Shown here: positions 36,722-44,989 of the stretch, piece after piece
Layout of the letters: every line of letters starts with the position of its first letter
Numbering within the stretch: the first letter of the stretch is position 1
Assembly (NCBI GenBank): GCA_022360695.1
Contig: JAKSCH010000073.1
Coordinates: 1 to 49,432, forward strand
DNA from: Gemmatimonadota bacterium
GTDB lineage: Bacteria > Gemmatimonadota > Gemmatimonadetes > Palauibacterales > Palauibacteraceae
Direction: 5' to 3'
Length of the DNA: 49,432 bases
The notes under the pieces: generated by a model
Told to the model about the DNA's origin: nothing
What the model saw: the letters and a program-made list of their open reading frames with translations, nothing else
Databases searched by the model: none
Made by a program: the position numbers and the translations under genes

Positions 36722-37866
36722 ACATCCTGATGTTCAACTACGAATACCCGCCGTTGGGGGGAGGAGGCGGGGTCGCGCACGAGCTGATCGCCGAGGCGCT
36801 GGCGAGGCGGCACCGCGTCGTGGTGGTGACCTCGGGGTATCGCGATCTACCCGACCGGGAGACGCGTGGAGACGTGGAGATTCTCCGCGTCCCGGTGTGG
36901 GGACGGAAGGAGCTCGCCGTCGCCTCGATCCCTTCGATGCTCACCTTCCCTGCGGCGACCCGGCGTATCTACGACGCGCTCGACTCGGAGTCGTTCGACC
37001 TCGTCACGGGGTTTTTCGCGGTGCCCACCGGCCCCGCGTCGGTGGCCTACGCGAAGCGCAAACGGTTGCCCCACGTGGTCTCGACCCTGGGCGGGGACAT
37101 CTACGATCCCTCGAAGACGATGTCTCCGCACCGAATCCCGCCGCTCAAGTGGGCCGTGCGCAACGTGCTCCGGGACTCGGCACGCATCATCGCGGACTCC
37201 GACGACACGCGCGAGAATATCGCGCGCTACTACGGCCGGGTCGGCGACGTGGACGTGATCCGGCTCGGGATCCGTCGCGTCTCGCCGCCGCCCGCCACGC
37301 GAAGCGAGCTGGGGCTCCCGGAGGACGTCTTCCTGACGACGACGGTAGGCCGACTGGTACCTCGCAAGGGGCTCGACCGCTTGATCCGCGTCCTGGCGGC
37401 GCCCGAGCTCGGCCAGGTGCATCTCGCCATCATGGGATCCGGTCCGGAGCGCGCGGCGCTCGAACGATTGGCGCAGAGCGAAGGCGTAGCCGACCGGGTT
37501 CGATTCATGGGCTGGGTGGACGAGGAGACCAAATGGCAGGTGATGCGCGTTGCGGATGCGTTCGTCACCGCGACGCTGCACGAGGGCTACGGTCTGATGT
37601 TCCTCGAGGCGATGGCCGAAGGGCTCCCGATCGTGGCACCCGATCATGGCGGACACACGGACTTCCTCACGGATGGCGTGACGGGGTTCCTGACGCCGGC
37701 GGGGGATGAGGAAGCCCTGCGGGCAGCCATCGCGCGCGTATCGACGGATGAAGAGCTGCGGCAGCGCGTCGGGGACACGAACCGCCGGCTCTTCGATGAG
37801 GAGCACGATATCGAGCCGTGCGCGGCCGCCTACGAGGCGGTGTTCGAGGAGGTGCTCGGCAGGTAG
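36718..37866 (+). CDS. GT4 (GT-B fold) glycosyltransferase
   Basis: The TTG at 36718 overlaps the upstream stop (TTGA). This start gives (M)NILMFNYEYPPLGGGGG. The EX7E region is HEGYGLMFLEAMAEGLPIVAPDHGG. An alternative ATG lies at 36730. Confidence 0.85.
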   Translation: MNILMFNYEYPPLGGGGGVAHELIAEALARRHRVVVVTSGYRDLPDRETRGDVEILRVPVWGRKELAVASIPSMLTFPAATRRIYDALDSESFDLVTGFFAVPTGPASVAYAKRKRLPHVVSTLGGDIYDPSKTMSPHRIPPLKWAVRNVLRDSARIIADSDDTRENIARYYGRVGDVDVIRLGIRRVSPPPATRSELGLPEDVFLTTTVGRLVPRKGLDRLIRVLAAPELGQVHLAIMGSGPERAALERLAQSEGVADRVRFMGWVDEETKWQVMRVADAFVTATLHEGYGLMFLEAMAEGLPIVAPDHGGHTDFLTDGVTGFLTPAGDEEALRAAIARVSTDEELRQRVGDTNRRLFDEEHDIEPCAAAYEAVFEEVLGR

Positions 37867-37878
37867 AAGAGCGCTGCC

Positions 37879-37927
37879 GAGCCGTCCGCTCGAGAGACGG
37901 CTCTGTCGGGCCCGAGACGCGCCCGAC
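37879..37927. terminator. Two tandem GC hairpins in the convergent gap after the GT4 gene
   Basis: gagccgtc-(9)-gacggctc at 37879-37903 and gtcgggc-(9)-gcccgac at 37905-37927. They lie between the converging GT4 and DinB genes. No U-tract is present. Confidence 0.35.
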
Positions 37928-37959
37928 GCCTTTCGTCGATGCCGACGGCCGGCGGCCGG

Positions 37960-38532
37960 CTAGCGCGACCAGGGCGGGGCGACATCGTTCATCCGCGCGT
38001 ACGCGACGGATTGCCCGACGTGCTCGTTCATGTGCGACAGAAGCTGGAACAGGACGGCCCAGCCCGGGACCTCCCGACCGTAGAGGCGGGTCTCGGCGTC
38101 GAGCGCCGCCTCCGTCATCGCCGCGGCGCTCGCGTTCACGTGGTCCACGGACCGTGCGAAGATCTCTCGAACTCGCTCTTTGTCCCGGATCGACTCGAGG
38201 TCGGCGTACGGGATCGGCGACGCGATCCCGAGATTCTCGTCCAGATACATGAAGTTGTACCGGGCGAGGTGCATGTAGACCTCGGCAACCTCCATGAGCC
38301 CTTCGCCGGGCGCCCAGGTGTACAGGTCCTCGGGCATCACCCGCGCGAGCTCCGAGATCTTGTAGCTCGAGCGCTCGAAGTGCCCCAGAAACTCATCGCG
38401 AAGCTCGGTCCCGAACGAAGCGGCCCCGTTGGAAGGTGCGAGCGGCGCCTCGGGCGGGGCCTGTGCGCTCGCGGCGGTGGCGAGCATCAGACACAGGGAC
38501 AGGGGGATCGTGGCTACGGCCGACCGCTTCAT
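37960..38532 (-). CDS. Exported DinB-superfamily protein
   Basis: The signal peptide ends ATAASAQA. The four-helix DinB-like pattern includes His residues at YMHLARYN and LSHMNEHVGQ. Confidence 0.75.
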   Translation of the reverse strand: MKRSAVATIPLSLCLMLATAASAQAPPEAPLAPSNGAASFGTELRDEFLGHFERSSYKISELARVMPEDLYTWAPGEGLMEVAEVYMHLARYNFMYLDENLGIASPIPYADLESIRDKERVREIFARSVDHVNASAAAMTEAALDAETRLYGREVPGWAVLFQLLSHMNEHVGQSVAYARMNDVAPPWSR

Positions 38533-38602
38533 CTCGAGATCTCCGTGGTACGCGGGTGTGTGACGTCTTCGAGCCGATCAAGATAGCGCGGCGGCCGCTG
38601 CC

Positions 38603-39928
38603 CTACAGACCGTGCGCGATCCGCCCCGAGGCGACGACCCACTTCGGTCGGGCCAGCGATTCGATCTCGACGCGTGGATCCGCGCGCAAGATCACGAGAT
38701 CGGCCCGCTTGCCCTCCTCGACCGTCCCGCCGCTCGCCGGATCTCCGTAGTACCGCTCGGGCGTCGTCGTCAGCGCCCGCAGGATCTCGTCGAAGCCGAT
38801 CCCCGCCTCGCGGAGAAGGGCGTATTCATCGATGGGGTCGTAATCGGTCATGTAACCGACATCGGTACCGAAGATGAGCGCGCCCCCCGCCGCGACGAAC
38901 GCGCCCACCTGCTGACGCGCCGCGGCTTGGACGTTCTCGATCACGTCCTCCGGCACGCCGAACCGTCCCAGCTCGTATCGCCACAGCTTGAGCGTCGGCG
39001 ACAGCCCGATCTCGGCGGCCACGAGCTCGGAGACGAGCGCGCCCGACCACGGGCCGCCGTTCGGTGCGGTATGCGCGAGCACATCGACCCCGGCCTCGAG
39101 CGCCGTGCGAACGCCCCGCTCCGATTGCGGGTGCGCCACCACCCGAGCGCCGCGTCTCTTCGCGGTCGCCACCGCCGCGGACGCGACCTCGACGGTCATC
39201 TCGGCCGTTCGTCCCGGACCGACGAACGACCCGGTGAACAGCTTCACGGCGTCGCCTCCGGCGTCCAGCACGCGTTCGACCGCATCCTCCGCCGCCTCCG
39301 GCGTATCCAGCTCGGGCAACGAGACCTCGAGATAGGCGGGGGAGCCTCCGGGCGGCACCAGACCGCCCCCGGCGGTGCGGATCCGAGGGCCCGCCAGCTC
39401 GCCCGCGTCGATGCGATCGCGGAGCGCGAGGGTGTTCTCGATATCCGAGCCGGTATCGAGCGCCGAGGTGAACCCGTACCGGTTGAGCATCGCATCGAGC
39501 GCGTCGCGCAGGTCGTCCGGGTCGGCCGACGCGGCGTCGCCCCAGACGGGCTCGGTGAAGTGGACGTGTCCGTTCCAAAACCCCGCCGTCGCGAAGCTTC
39601 CCTCGGCGTCGAGCGTGAGCGCCGCGGGTGGCGATGGGTCCGCCGCGTCGAGAAGACGCGAGAAGCGACCGCCGTCGATGACCAGCGTCGTCCCGGCGTG
39701 GGGCTCCGCGCCCGGCGAGCCGATCAGCGTGACGTTCTCGATCACGAGGTCGACGATCTCTGGCGAGGCCGAGCACGAAACGAGCGCCGCGCCCGCGAGT
39801 ACCAGAGCTGACGAGCGGACGGCGCGCCGGCGATGACGGCGGGCGCCAAAACGCTCCGTACGTTCTATCGGGCGACGCATGGCGGTATCATACGGCCCGC
39901 GACGACCGGGCTCGGTCCGGTTCATCAT
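38603..39928 (-). CDS. Amidohydrolase-family metallohydrolase (exported/lipoprotein)
   Basis: GFWNGHVHF is the HxH motif, and the C-terminus VEEGKRADLVILRADP is typical. LVLAGAALVSC is lipobox-like. An alternative start is the ATG at 39880. Confidence 0.8.
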   Translation of the reverse strand: MMNRTEPGRRGPYDTAMRRPIERTERFGARRHRRRAVRSSALVLAGAALVSCSASPEIVDLVIENVTLIGSPGAEPHAGTTLVIDGGRFSRLLDAADPSPPAALTLDAEGSFATAGFWNGHVHFTEPVWGDAASADPDDLRDALDAMLNRYGFTSALDTGSDIENTLALRDRIDAGELAGPRIRTAGGGLVPPGGSPAYLEVSLPELDTPEAAEDAVERVLDAGGDAVKLFTGSFVGPGRTAEMTVEVASAAVATAKRRGARVVAHPQSERGVRTALEAGVDVLAHTAPNGGPWSGALVSELVAAEIGLSPTLKLWRYELGRFGVPEDVIENVQAAARQQVGAFVAAGGALIFGTDVGYMTDYDPIDEYALLREAGIGFDEILRALTTTPERYYGDPASGGTVEEGKRADLVILRADPRVEIESLARPKWVVASGRIAHGL

Positions 39929-39973
39929 CCGTCCCTTTTCCTCGACTTTCGATCCCTGGAGCGGCTACGGCAC

Positions 39974-42900
39974 ATGCGGAAGCGACCCGCGAAGCGCTGG
40001 CGGCGGCCGCACCTCCTGGTCGGATACGCCTTCCTCCTGGTTGGTTGTGATGCGGGCGCGCTCGAATGGCGCGAGGCCGACGGGTATCGGTGGGCCGAGC
40101 TGTCGCCGAAGGGGGGCGACGGCGACGGCTTCACGCGTCTCGATGGCTCGGAAACCGGGATCACGTTCGAGAACGTGGTCACGGAGGAACAGTACGTCGA
40201 GAACAGTCACTACCTGAACGGATCGGGCGTCGCGCTCGGTGACGTAGATGGCGATGGGCGGATCGACGTCTACTTCGCGAGCATGGACGGCCCGAACGCC
40301 CTCTACCGCAATCTCGGAGGCTGGCGGTTCGAGGAGATCGCCGCGGTCGCGGGCGTGGACGCGCCCGGCCGGTTCTCGACCGGTGCGACCTTCGCCGATG
40401 TGGACGGCGATGGCGATCTCGATCTGCTGGTCACCGCGCTCGGTGGGCCCAACGCGCTCTATCGGAACGACGGTAGCGGCTCGTTCACCGATGTCACCGC
40501 GGAGTCCGGTCTCGAGTCCCGGCTCGGGAGCATGTCCATGGCGCTCGCCGATGTCGATGGCGACGGCGATCTCGACTTGTACGTGGGCAACAACAAGGTC
40601 GCGACGGTACAGGATCTGTTCCCGCCGGATGTGTTGCAGCCGAGCAATCTGTATCGATGGGTGGACGGCGAGCCGGAGGTCGTCCCCGAGTTTCGAGAGC
40701 ACTACTCCGTCACGGCGGTCGGCGATGGGCGGGTCGCGCGTGCGGAGTTGGCGGAGCCTGATCGATTCTACCTGAACGACGGGACGGGACGGTTCACGCC
40801 CGTCTCGTTCACGGATGGCGCCTTCCTCGATGCGGACGGCGCCCCGCTGGTCGAGGCCCCGCGAGATTGGGCGCTCTCGGTGCGCTTCCACGACATGGAT
40901 CGAGACGGCGACCCGGATCTCTACGTCTGCAACGACTTCCATAGCCCGGATCACATCTGGATCAACGACGGCACAGGTCGGTTCCGCGCGCTCGACGACG
41001 TAGCGATGCGGAGCACCAGCTTCGCATCGATGGCGATCGACTTCTCCGACATCGACCGCGATGGAGATTGGGACTTCTTCCTGGCCGAGATGCTGAGCCG
41101 CCGGCACCAACGTCGTATGAAGCAGATGAGCGGCGGGCTCCCCGACCCGGCCTTCGCCGGGCGGATCGCCACGCGACCGCAGAAGCCGAGGAACACCCTG
41201 TACGTGAGCCGCGGTGACGGGACGTACGCGGAAGCGGCGTTGTACGCCGGGGTCGCGGCGTCGGAATGGTCGTGGGGAACCGCGTACGTCGACGTGGACC
41301 TCGACGGGTACGAGGACCTCCTGATCGGGACCGGTCATTTCTACGACGCGATCGACAAGGATGCCGCCCGGCGAACCGAGTCGGTCGACTGGCGTCGCCG
41401 GCTCACCGTGTTCCCTTCGCTCCGCCTCCCCAACGTCGCCTTCCGGAACCGCGGCGATCTGACCTTCGAGGACGCGAGCCGGGAGTGGAGGCTCGAGGGG
41501 GAAGAGGACATCTCGCACGGACTGGCCACCGGCGACCTCGACGGAGATGGCGACCTGGACGTCGTCATGAACCGGCTGCTCGCGCCGGCGGCCGTGCTCC
41601 GAAACGACGCCACGGCGCCGCGCGTGGCGGTGCGGCTCCGTGGCGAGGGGCCCAACACGACGGGCGTCGGGGCCCTGGTCCGGCTGCTCGGCGGAGCGGT
41701 CCCGGAGCAGTCGAAGGAGATCGCGGCGGGCGGTGGATATCTGTCGGGCTCCGATTCCCAGGCCGCGTTCGCCGCCGGCGATGGACCGATGACGCTCGTG
41801 GTCGCGTGGCGGAGCGGACGCGTGAGCCGGATCGAGGGGGTCGAGGCGAACCGGGCCTACGAGATCCACGAGAGCGCTGCGACCGCTGCGAGCGACGCGC
41901 CGCCCGAGCGGGTCACGCCGATGTTCGAAGACGTGAGCGCGCGGCTCGGTCACGCGCACCAGGAGGACGCGTTCGACGACTTCGACCGGCAGCCACTCGT
42001 GCCCGTCCGGTTCAGCCAATCGGGACCCGGGCTCGCATGGTTCGATTCCGATCGCGATGGCGACGAGGACCTCTTCATAGGAGCCGCGCGGGGCGGGGTC
42101 GCCGCGCGCTTCGAGAACGACGGCGCGGGCGGCTTTCTAGCCGCGAGCGGTCCGGCCGCGGCCGGTCGGGATCAGACCGGTCTGCTGGGCTCGTTCGACG
42201 CGGGCGGGCGGTCGATCCTCGCGGTGGGCGCGTCTTCGCTCGAGGTGACGACGCGCGATCCGTCGATGGGGACCGTGTATGCTGTCGGGCGCGGGTCGCC
42301 GCGCGCCATCCAGGGCCTCCCCCCCGGGGACGCGAGCGCCGGACCGCTGGCGTCCGCGGATACGGACGGGGACGGCGACCTCGATCTGTTCGTCGGGGGC
42401 CGACTCGTGCCGGGTCGCTATCCGGCGGCCGCGACGTCCCGTCTGCTCCTCAACGACGCGGGGACGTTCTCATCCGACGCCCGGAACGAGGGCCTGCTCG
42501 AAGAGATCGGGCTCGTGTCGGGAGCGGTCTTCAGCGACACCGACTCGGACGGGGATCCCGACCTCGTGCTGGCGATGGATTGGGGCCCCATCCGGGTGCT
42601 GCTCAACCAAGACGGGGTGTTCCGCGACGCGACCGCGGAGCTCGGGCTCGAACCGTACACCGGCTGGTGGAACGGCGTCGCGACCGGCGACTTCGACGCG
42701 GATGGCCGTCCCGACATCGTCGCGACCAACCGCGGGCTCAATACGCGGTTCGAGGCCTCGCCCGAGTACCCGGCGACGATTCGACACGCCGATTTCGACA
42801 ACAACGGGACCTGGGACGCGATCGAGACGCGGTACGACCCGGACGCGCGCTTCGATGTCCCGATCCGCGGCTTGCTCACGATCGGGGGCGCGCTCCCGGC

Positions 42901-43666
42901 CCTCCAGCGACGCATCCGCGGGTTCGAGCATTACGGCGGGCTCAGCGCCGGCGAGGTCATCGGAGAGCCCCTGCGCGGCGCCGCGGTCGCCCGCGCGACC
43001 ACCCTGTCGCACGCACTCTTTCTCAATCGCGGCGACTCGTTCGAGGCCGCCCCTCTCCCGGCTGAAGCGCAGCTCGCGGCCGCGTTCGCGGTCGTCGTCG
43101 CCGACTTCGATGCGGATGGCGCGGAGGATGTGTTCCTGGGCCAGAACCTGTTCGCGCTGCGGAGCGAGGTCGATCGCGACGACGCGGGTCGCGGGCTCCT
43201 CCTCCGCGGCGATGGCCGGGGAAGCCTGTTCCCGGTCTCGGGCTCGGAATCCGGGATCGCGATCTACGGCGAGACGAGGAGCGCGGCCGCATCCGACTTC
43301 GACTCGGACGGTCGCGTCGATCTCGTCGCGAGCCAGAACGGCGCCGCCACGAAGCTCTATCGGAACACGAGCTCTCGGCCCGGGCTTCGGGTTCGACTCG
43401 TCGGTCCGCGCGCCAACCCGGACGCGATCGGGAGCGCCATCCGTCTACGCGGGGCCGGTGGCCTGGGGCCGCTCCGAGAGATACAGGCCGGATCCGGGTA
43501 CTGGTCGCAAAACGGCGCGGTGTCCGTGCTGGGGTCACCGAACGGCGGGGCGACCGCCGTCTGGATCCGCTGGCCCGATGGCTCGGAGACCGAGACCGAG
43601 GTGCCGGGCGGATCGCTGGAAGTCACGATCGACGCGGCGGGCGGGCTGCTCGCGGCGCGCCCCTGA
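39974..43666 (+). CDS. CRTAC1-like protein: two tandem modules of FG-GAP/VCBS repeats plus an ASPIC/UnbV-like domain
   Basis: I trimmed ORF 39833..43666 to the ATG at 39974, giving the lipobox LLVGC. There are many D.DGDGD.D loops. UnbV-like segments occur twice: RVAVRLRGEGPNTTGVGALVRLL...AAGGGYLSGSD, and near the C-terminus RVRLVGPRANPDAIGSAIRL...QAGSGYWSQNG. Confidence 0.85.
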   Translation: MRKRPAKRWRRPHLLVGYAFLLVGCDAGALEWREADGYRWAELSPKGGDGDGFTRLDGSETGITFENVVTEEQYVENSHYLNGSGVALGDVDGDGRIDVYFASMDGPNALYRNLGGWRFEEIAAVAGVDAPGRFSTGATFADVDGDGDLDLLVTALGGPNALYRNDGSGSFTDVTAESGLESRLGSMSMALADVDGDGDLDLYVGNNKVATVQDLFPPDVLQPSNLYRWVDGEPEVVPEFREHYSVTAVGDGRVARAELAEPDRFYLNDGTGRFTPVSFTDGAFLDADGAPLVEAPRDWALSVRFHDMDRDGDPDLYVCNDFHSPDHIWINDGTGRFRALDDVAMRSTSFASMAIDFSDIDRDGDWDFFLAEMLSRRHQRRMKQMSGGLPDPAFAGRIATRPQKPRNTLYVSRGDGTYAEAALYAGVAASEWSWGTAYVDVDLDGYEDLLIGTGHFYDAIDKDAARRTESVDWRRRLTVFPSLRLPNVAFRNRGDLTFEDASREWRLEGEEDISHGLATGDLDGDGDLDVVMNRLLAPAAVLRNDATAPRVAVRLRGEGPNTTGVGALVRLLGGAVPEQSKEIAAGGGYLSGSDSQAAFAAGDGPMTLVVAWRSGRVSRIEGVEANRAYEIHESAATAASDAPPERVTPMFEDVSARLGHAHQEDAFDDFDRQPLVPVRFSQSGPGLAWFDSDRDGDEDLFIGAARGGVAARFENDGAGGFLAASGPAAAGRDQTGLLGSFDAGGRSILAVGASSLEVTTRDPSMGTVYAVGRGSPRAIQGLPPGDASAGPLASADTDGDGDLDLFVGGRLVPGRYPAAATSRLLLNDAGTFSSDARNEGLLEEIGLVSGAVFSDTDSDGDPDLVLAMDWGPIRVLLNQDGVFRDATAELGLEPYTGWWNGVATGDFDADGRPDIVATNRGLNTRFEASPEYPATIRHADFDNNGTWDAIETRYDPDARFDVPIRGLLTIGGALPALQRRIRGFEHYGGLSAGEVIGEPLRGAAVARATTLSHALFLNRGDSFEAAPLPAEAQLAAAFAVVVADFDADGAEDVFLGQNLFALRSEVDRDDAGRGLLLRGDGRGSLFPVSGSESGIAIYGETRSAAASDFDSDGRVDLVASQNGAATKLYRNTSSRPGLRVRLVGPRANPDAIGSAIRLRGAGGLGPLREIQAGSGYWSQNGAVSVLGSPNGGATAVWIRWPDGSETETEVPGGSLEVTIDAAGGLLAARP

Positions 43667-43686
43667 ACGAAGCGACGCGGCGGGCG

Positions 43687-43725
43687 GCGCCTCGGCACGG
43701 CGGGCCCACCGCCGCGCCGAGGCGC
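43687..43725. terminator. Strong GC hairpin between convergent genes
   Basis: gcgcctcggc-a-cggcgg-gccca-ccgccg-c-gccgaggcgc gives 16 paired positions with one bulge on each side. It lies between the stop at 43666 and the stop at 43725. Confidence 0.5.
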
Positions 43726-44225
43726 TACGGTCCGCCGGTGGCCGCTCGGATCTGGCGAACGACGTCGCGCGCGAGATCGTTCGGGATCGGGATCGTCAAG
43801 TTGTACTGAGCGATCCTCCACGCCTCCCCTTCCCGGACGAGGACGCCGCTCCCACGGGTCTCGCCGAGCCCGTCGTTGTGCAGCCGTTCGTCGAACCAGG
43901 CCGTCTGCCCGTCGGGCGCGACCGAGACGTGCCGCTCGACCATGTGGTACGTCCACCCGGTCCCGGTATCGAACCGCGCCTTCGTATAGGTCATGAACTC
44001 CTCGCGCGTCCACCGCTCGGTCGCATCGGTACCGAGAAAGACGGCCTCGTCGGCGTACAGCGCGAAATAACCCTCGAAGTCCGCCTCGGAGGCCTTGGCG
44101 TGGAGCGCGTCGAGCACGGCAGAGACCGCGTCGCGATCCGACGCTCCCTGCGCGGCCAGGGGTGAACCGGCGAACGCGAGCAGGGAGCACACGAGAAGCA
44201 GGCGGGAAGGACGGGCGGGCATCAC
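43725..44225 (-). CDS. Exported NTF2-like (SnoaL/DUF4440-type) protein
   Basis: The signal peptide ends SPLAAQG. The size and the pattern DAVSAVLDALHAKASEADFEGYFALYADEAVFLGTD are typical of NTF2-like cone-fold proteins. Confidence 0.7.
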   Translation of the reverse strand: MMPARPSRLLLVCSLLAFAGSPLAAQGASDRDAVSAVLDALHAKASEADFEGYFALYADEAVFLGTDATERWTREEFMTYTKARFDTGTGWTYHMVERHVSVAPDGQTAWFDERLHNDGLGETRGSGVLVREGEAWRIAQYNLTIPIPNDLARDVVRQIRAATGGP

Positions 44226-44263
44226 ATGAGTCTCCTTTGAGTCGAGAACGGATTGAATCGTGA

Positions 44264-44596
44264 GCTTACGACGGTCGTGCGGACTTCACGAACCCCTTCC
44301 GGCCCGGAGCCGGGCATCTACCCCCGTTTCTCGCCGGGCGCCGGGACGAACGAGACGAGTTCCGTCGGCTGCTGCGTCAGGAAACGATCCTCGAGAACTT
44401 GCTGCTCACCGGACGGCGCGGCGTGGGCAAAACGGTGCTGCTCGAGAACCTCAAGCCAATGGCGATCGAGCCCGGGATGCGGGCGGACCTGATGGCGGTC
44501 GCGGGCGATCCGTCGCTCGAGATCGGCGCGTTGGGCCGGGTCGTCTCCGTGATGAAGGATGGCCGGGTCTATCGCCACATCCCGCTCGAGCGCTGA
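44264..44596 (+). pseudogene. Chimeric gene remnant: P-loop ATPase N-terminal piece fused in frame to an amidohydrolase C-terminal piece
   Basis: My translation of the open frame reads ...PPFLAGRRDERDEFRRLLRQETILENLLLTGRRGVGKTVLLENLKP, which carries a Walker A motif. It runs directly into MAIEPGMRADLMAVAGDPSLEIGALGRVVSVMKDGRVY. That second part parallels the C-termini of the amidohydrolases at 1128 and 38603. No plausible start or RBS exists other than a TTG inside the P-loop region. Confidence 0.4.
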
Positions 44597-44758
44597 GGAT
44601 CGGCGTCCATGGACACCCGACGGCGGCCCCGAACGCCGACACTTCCGGTCCCTCGTAGCCGTAGGGTGGGATTGCAGGCGGGAACGACCGCCGCCCGGCG
44701 GGCATACGCCTCGTAGGGCTGGACGGACCGGGTACGAGACCTCGAGACGAGGGACGAG

Positions 44759-44989
44759 ATGAAGCAGTCGATCGAGAACGCGCAGAAACGCCTCGCGGAC
44801 GAGCTCATGCGCCGCGACGGGATCTCCGGCGTGGGCATCGGGGCCCACCGCGGCGAACCGTGTCTCAAGGTCTACGTCTCCGGCGGTCGCGGCGGGAAGA
44901 TCCCGAGCCGGTTTGACGGCCACCCGGTGATCGTCGAGGGCGGCGGCCCCTTCCGCGCCCAGACTCCGAAGCGGAGACGCGGTCGATGA
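44759..44989 (+). CDS. Small protein homologous to the N-terminal domain of the downstream S1 protease
   Basis: 76 aa with strong G/C at third positions. GAGGGA lies upstream of the ATG. GISGVGIGAHRGEPCLKVYVSGG...GHPVIVEGGGPF aligns with GVVGAGIGFLDAGSPVIKVFVEPG...GLPVEIEPAGPF in the next gene. Its stop overlaps the next start (ATGA at 44986-44989). Confidence 0.6.
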   Translation: MKQSIENAQKRLADELMRRDGISGVGIGAHRGEPCLKVYVSGGRGGKIPSRFDGHPVIVEGGGPFRAQTPKRRRGR

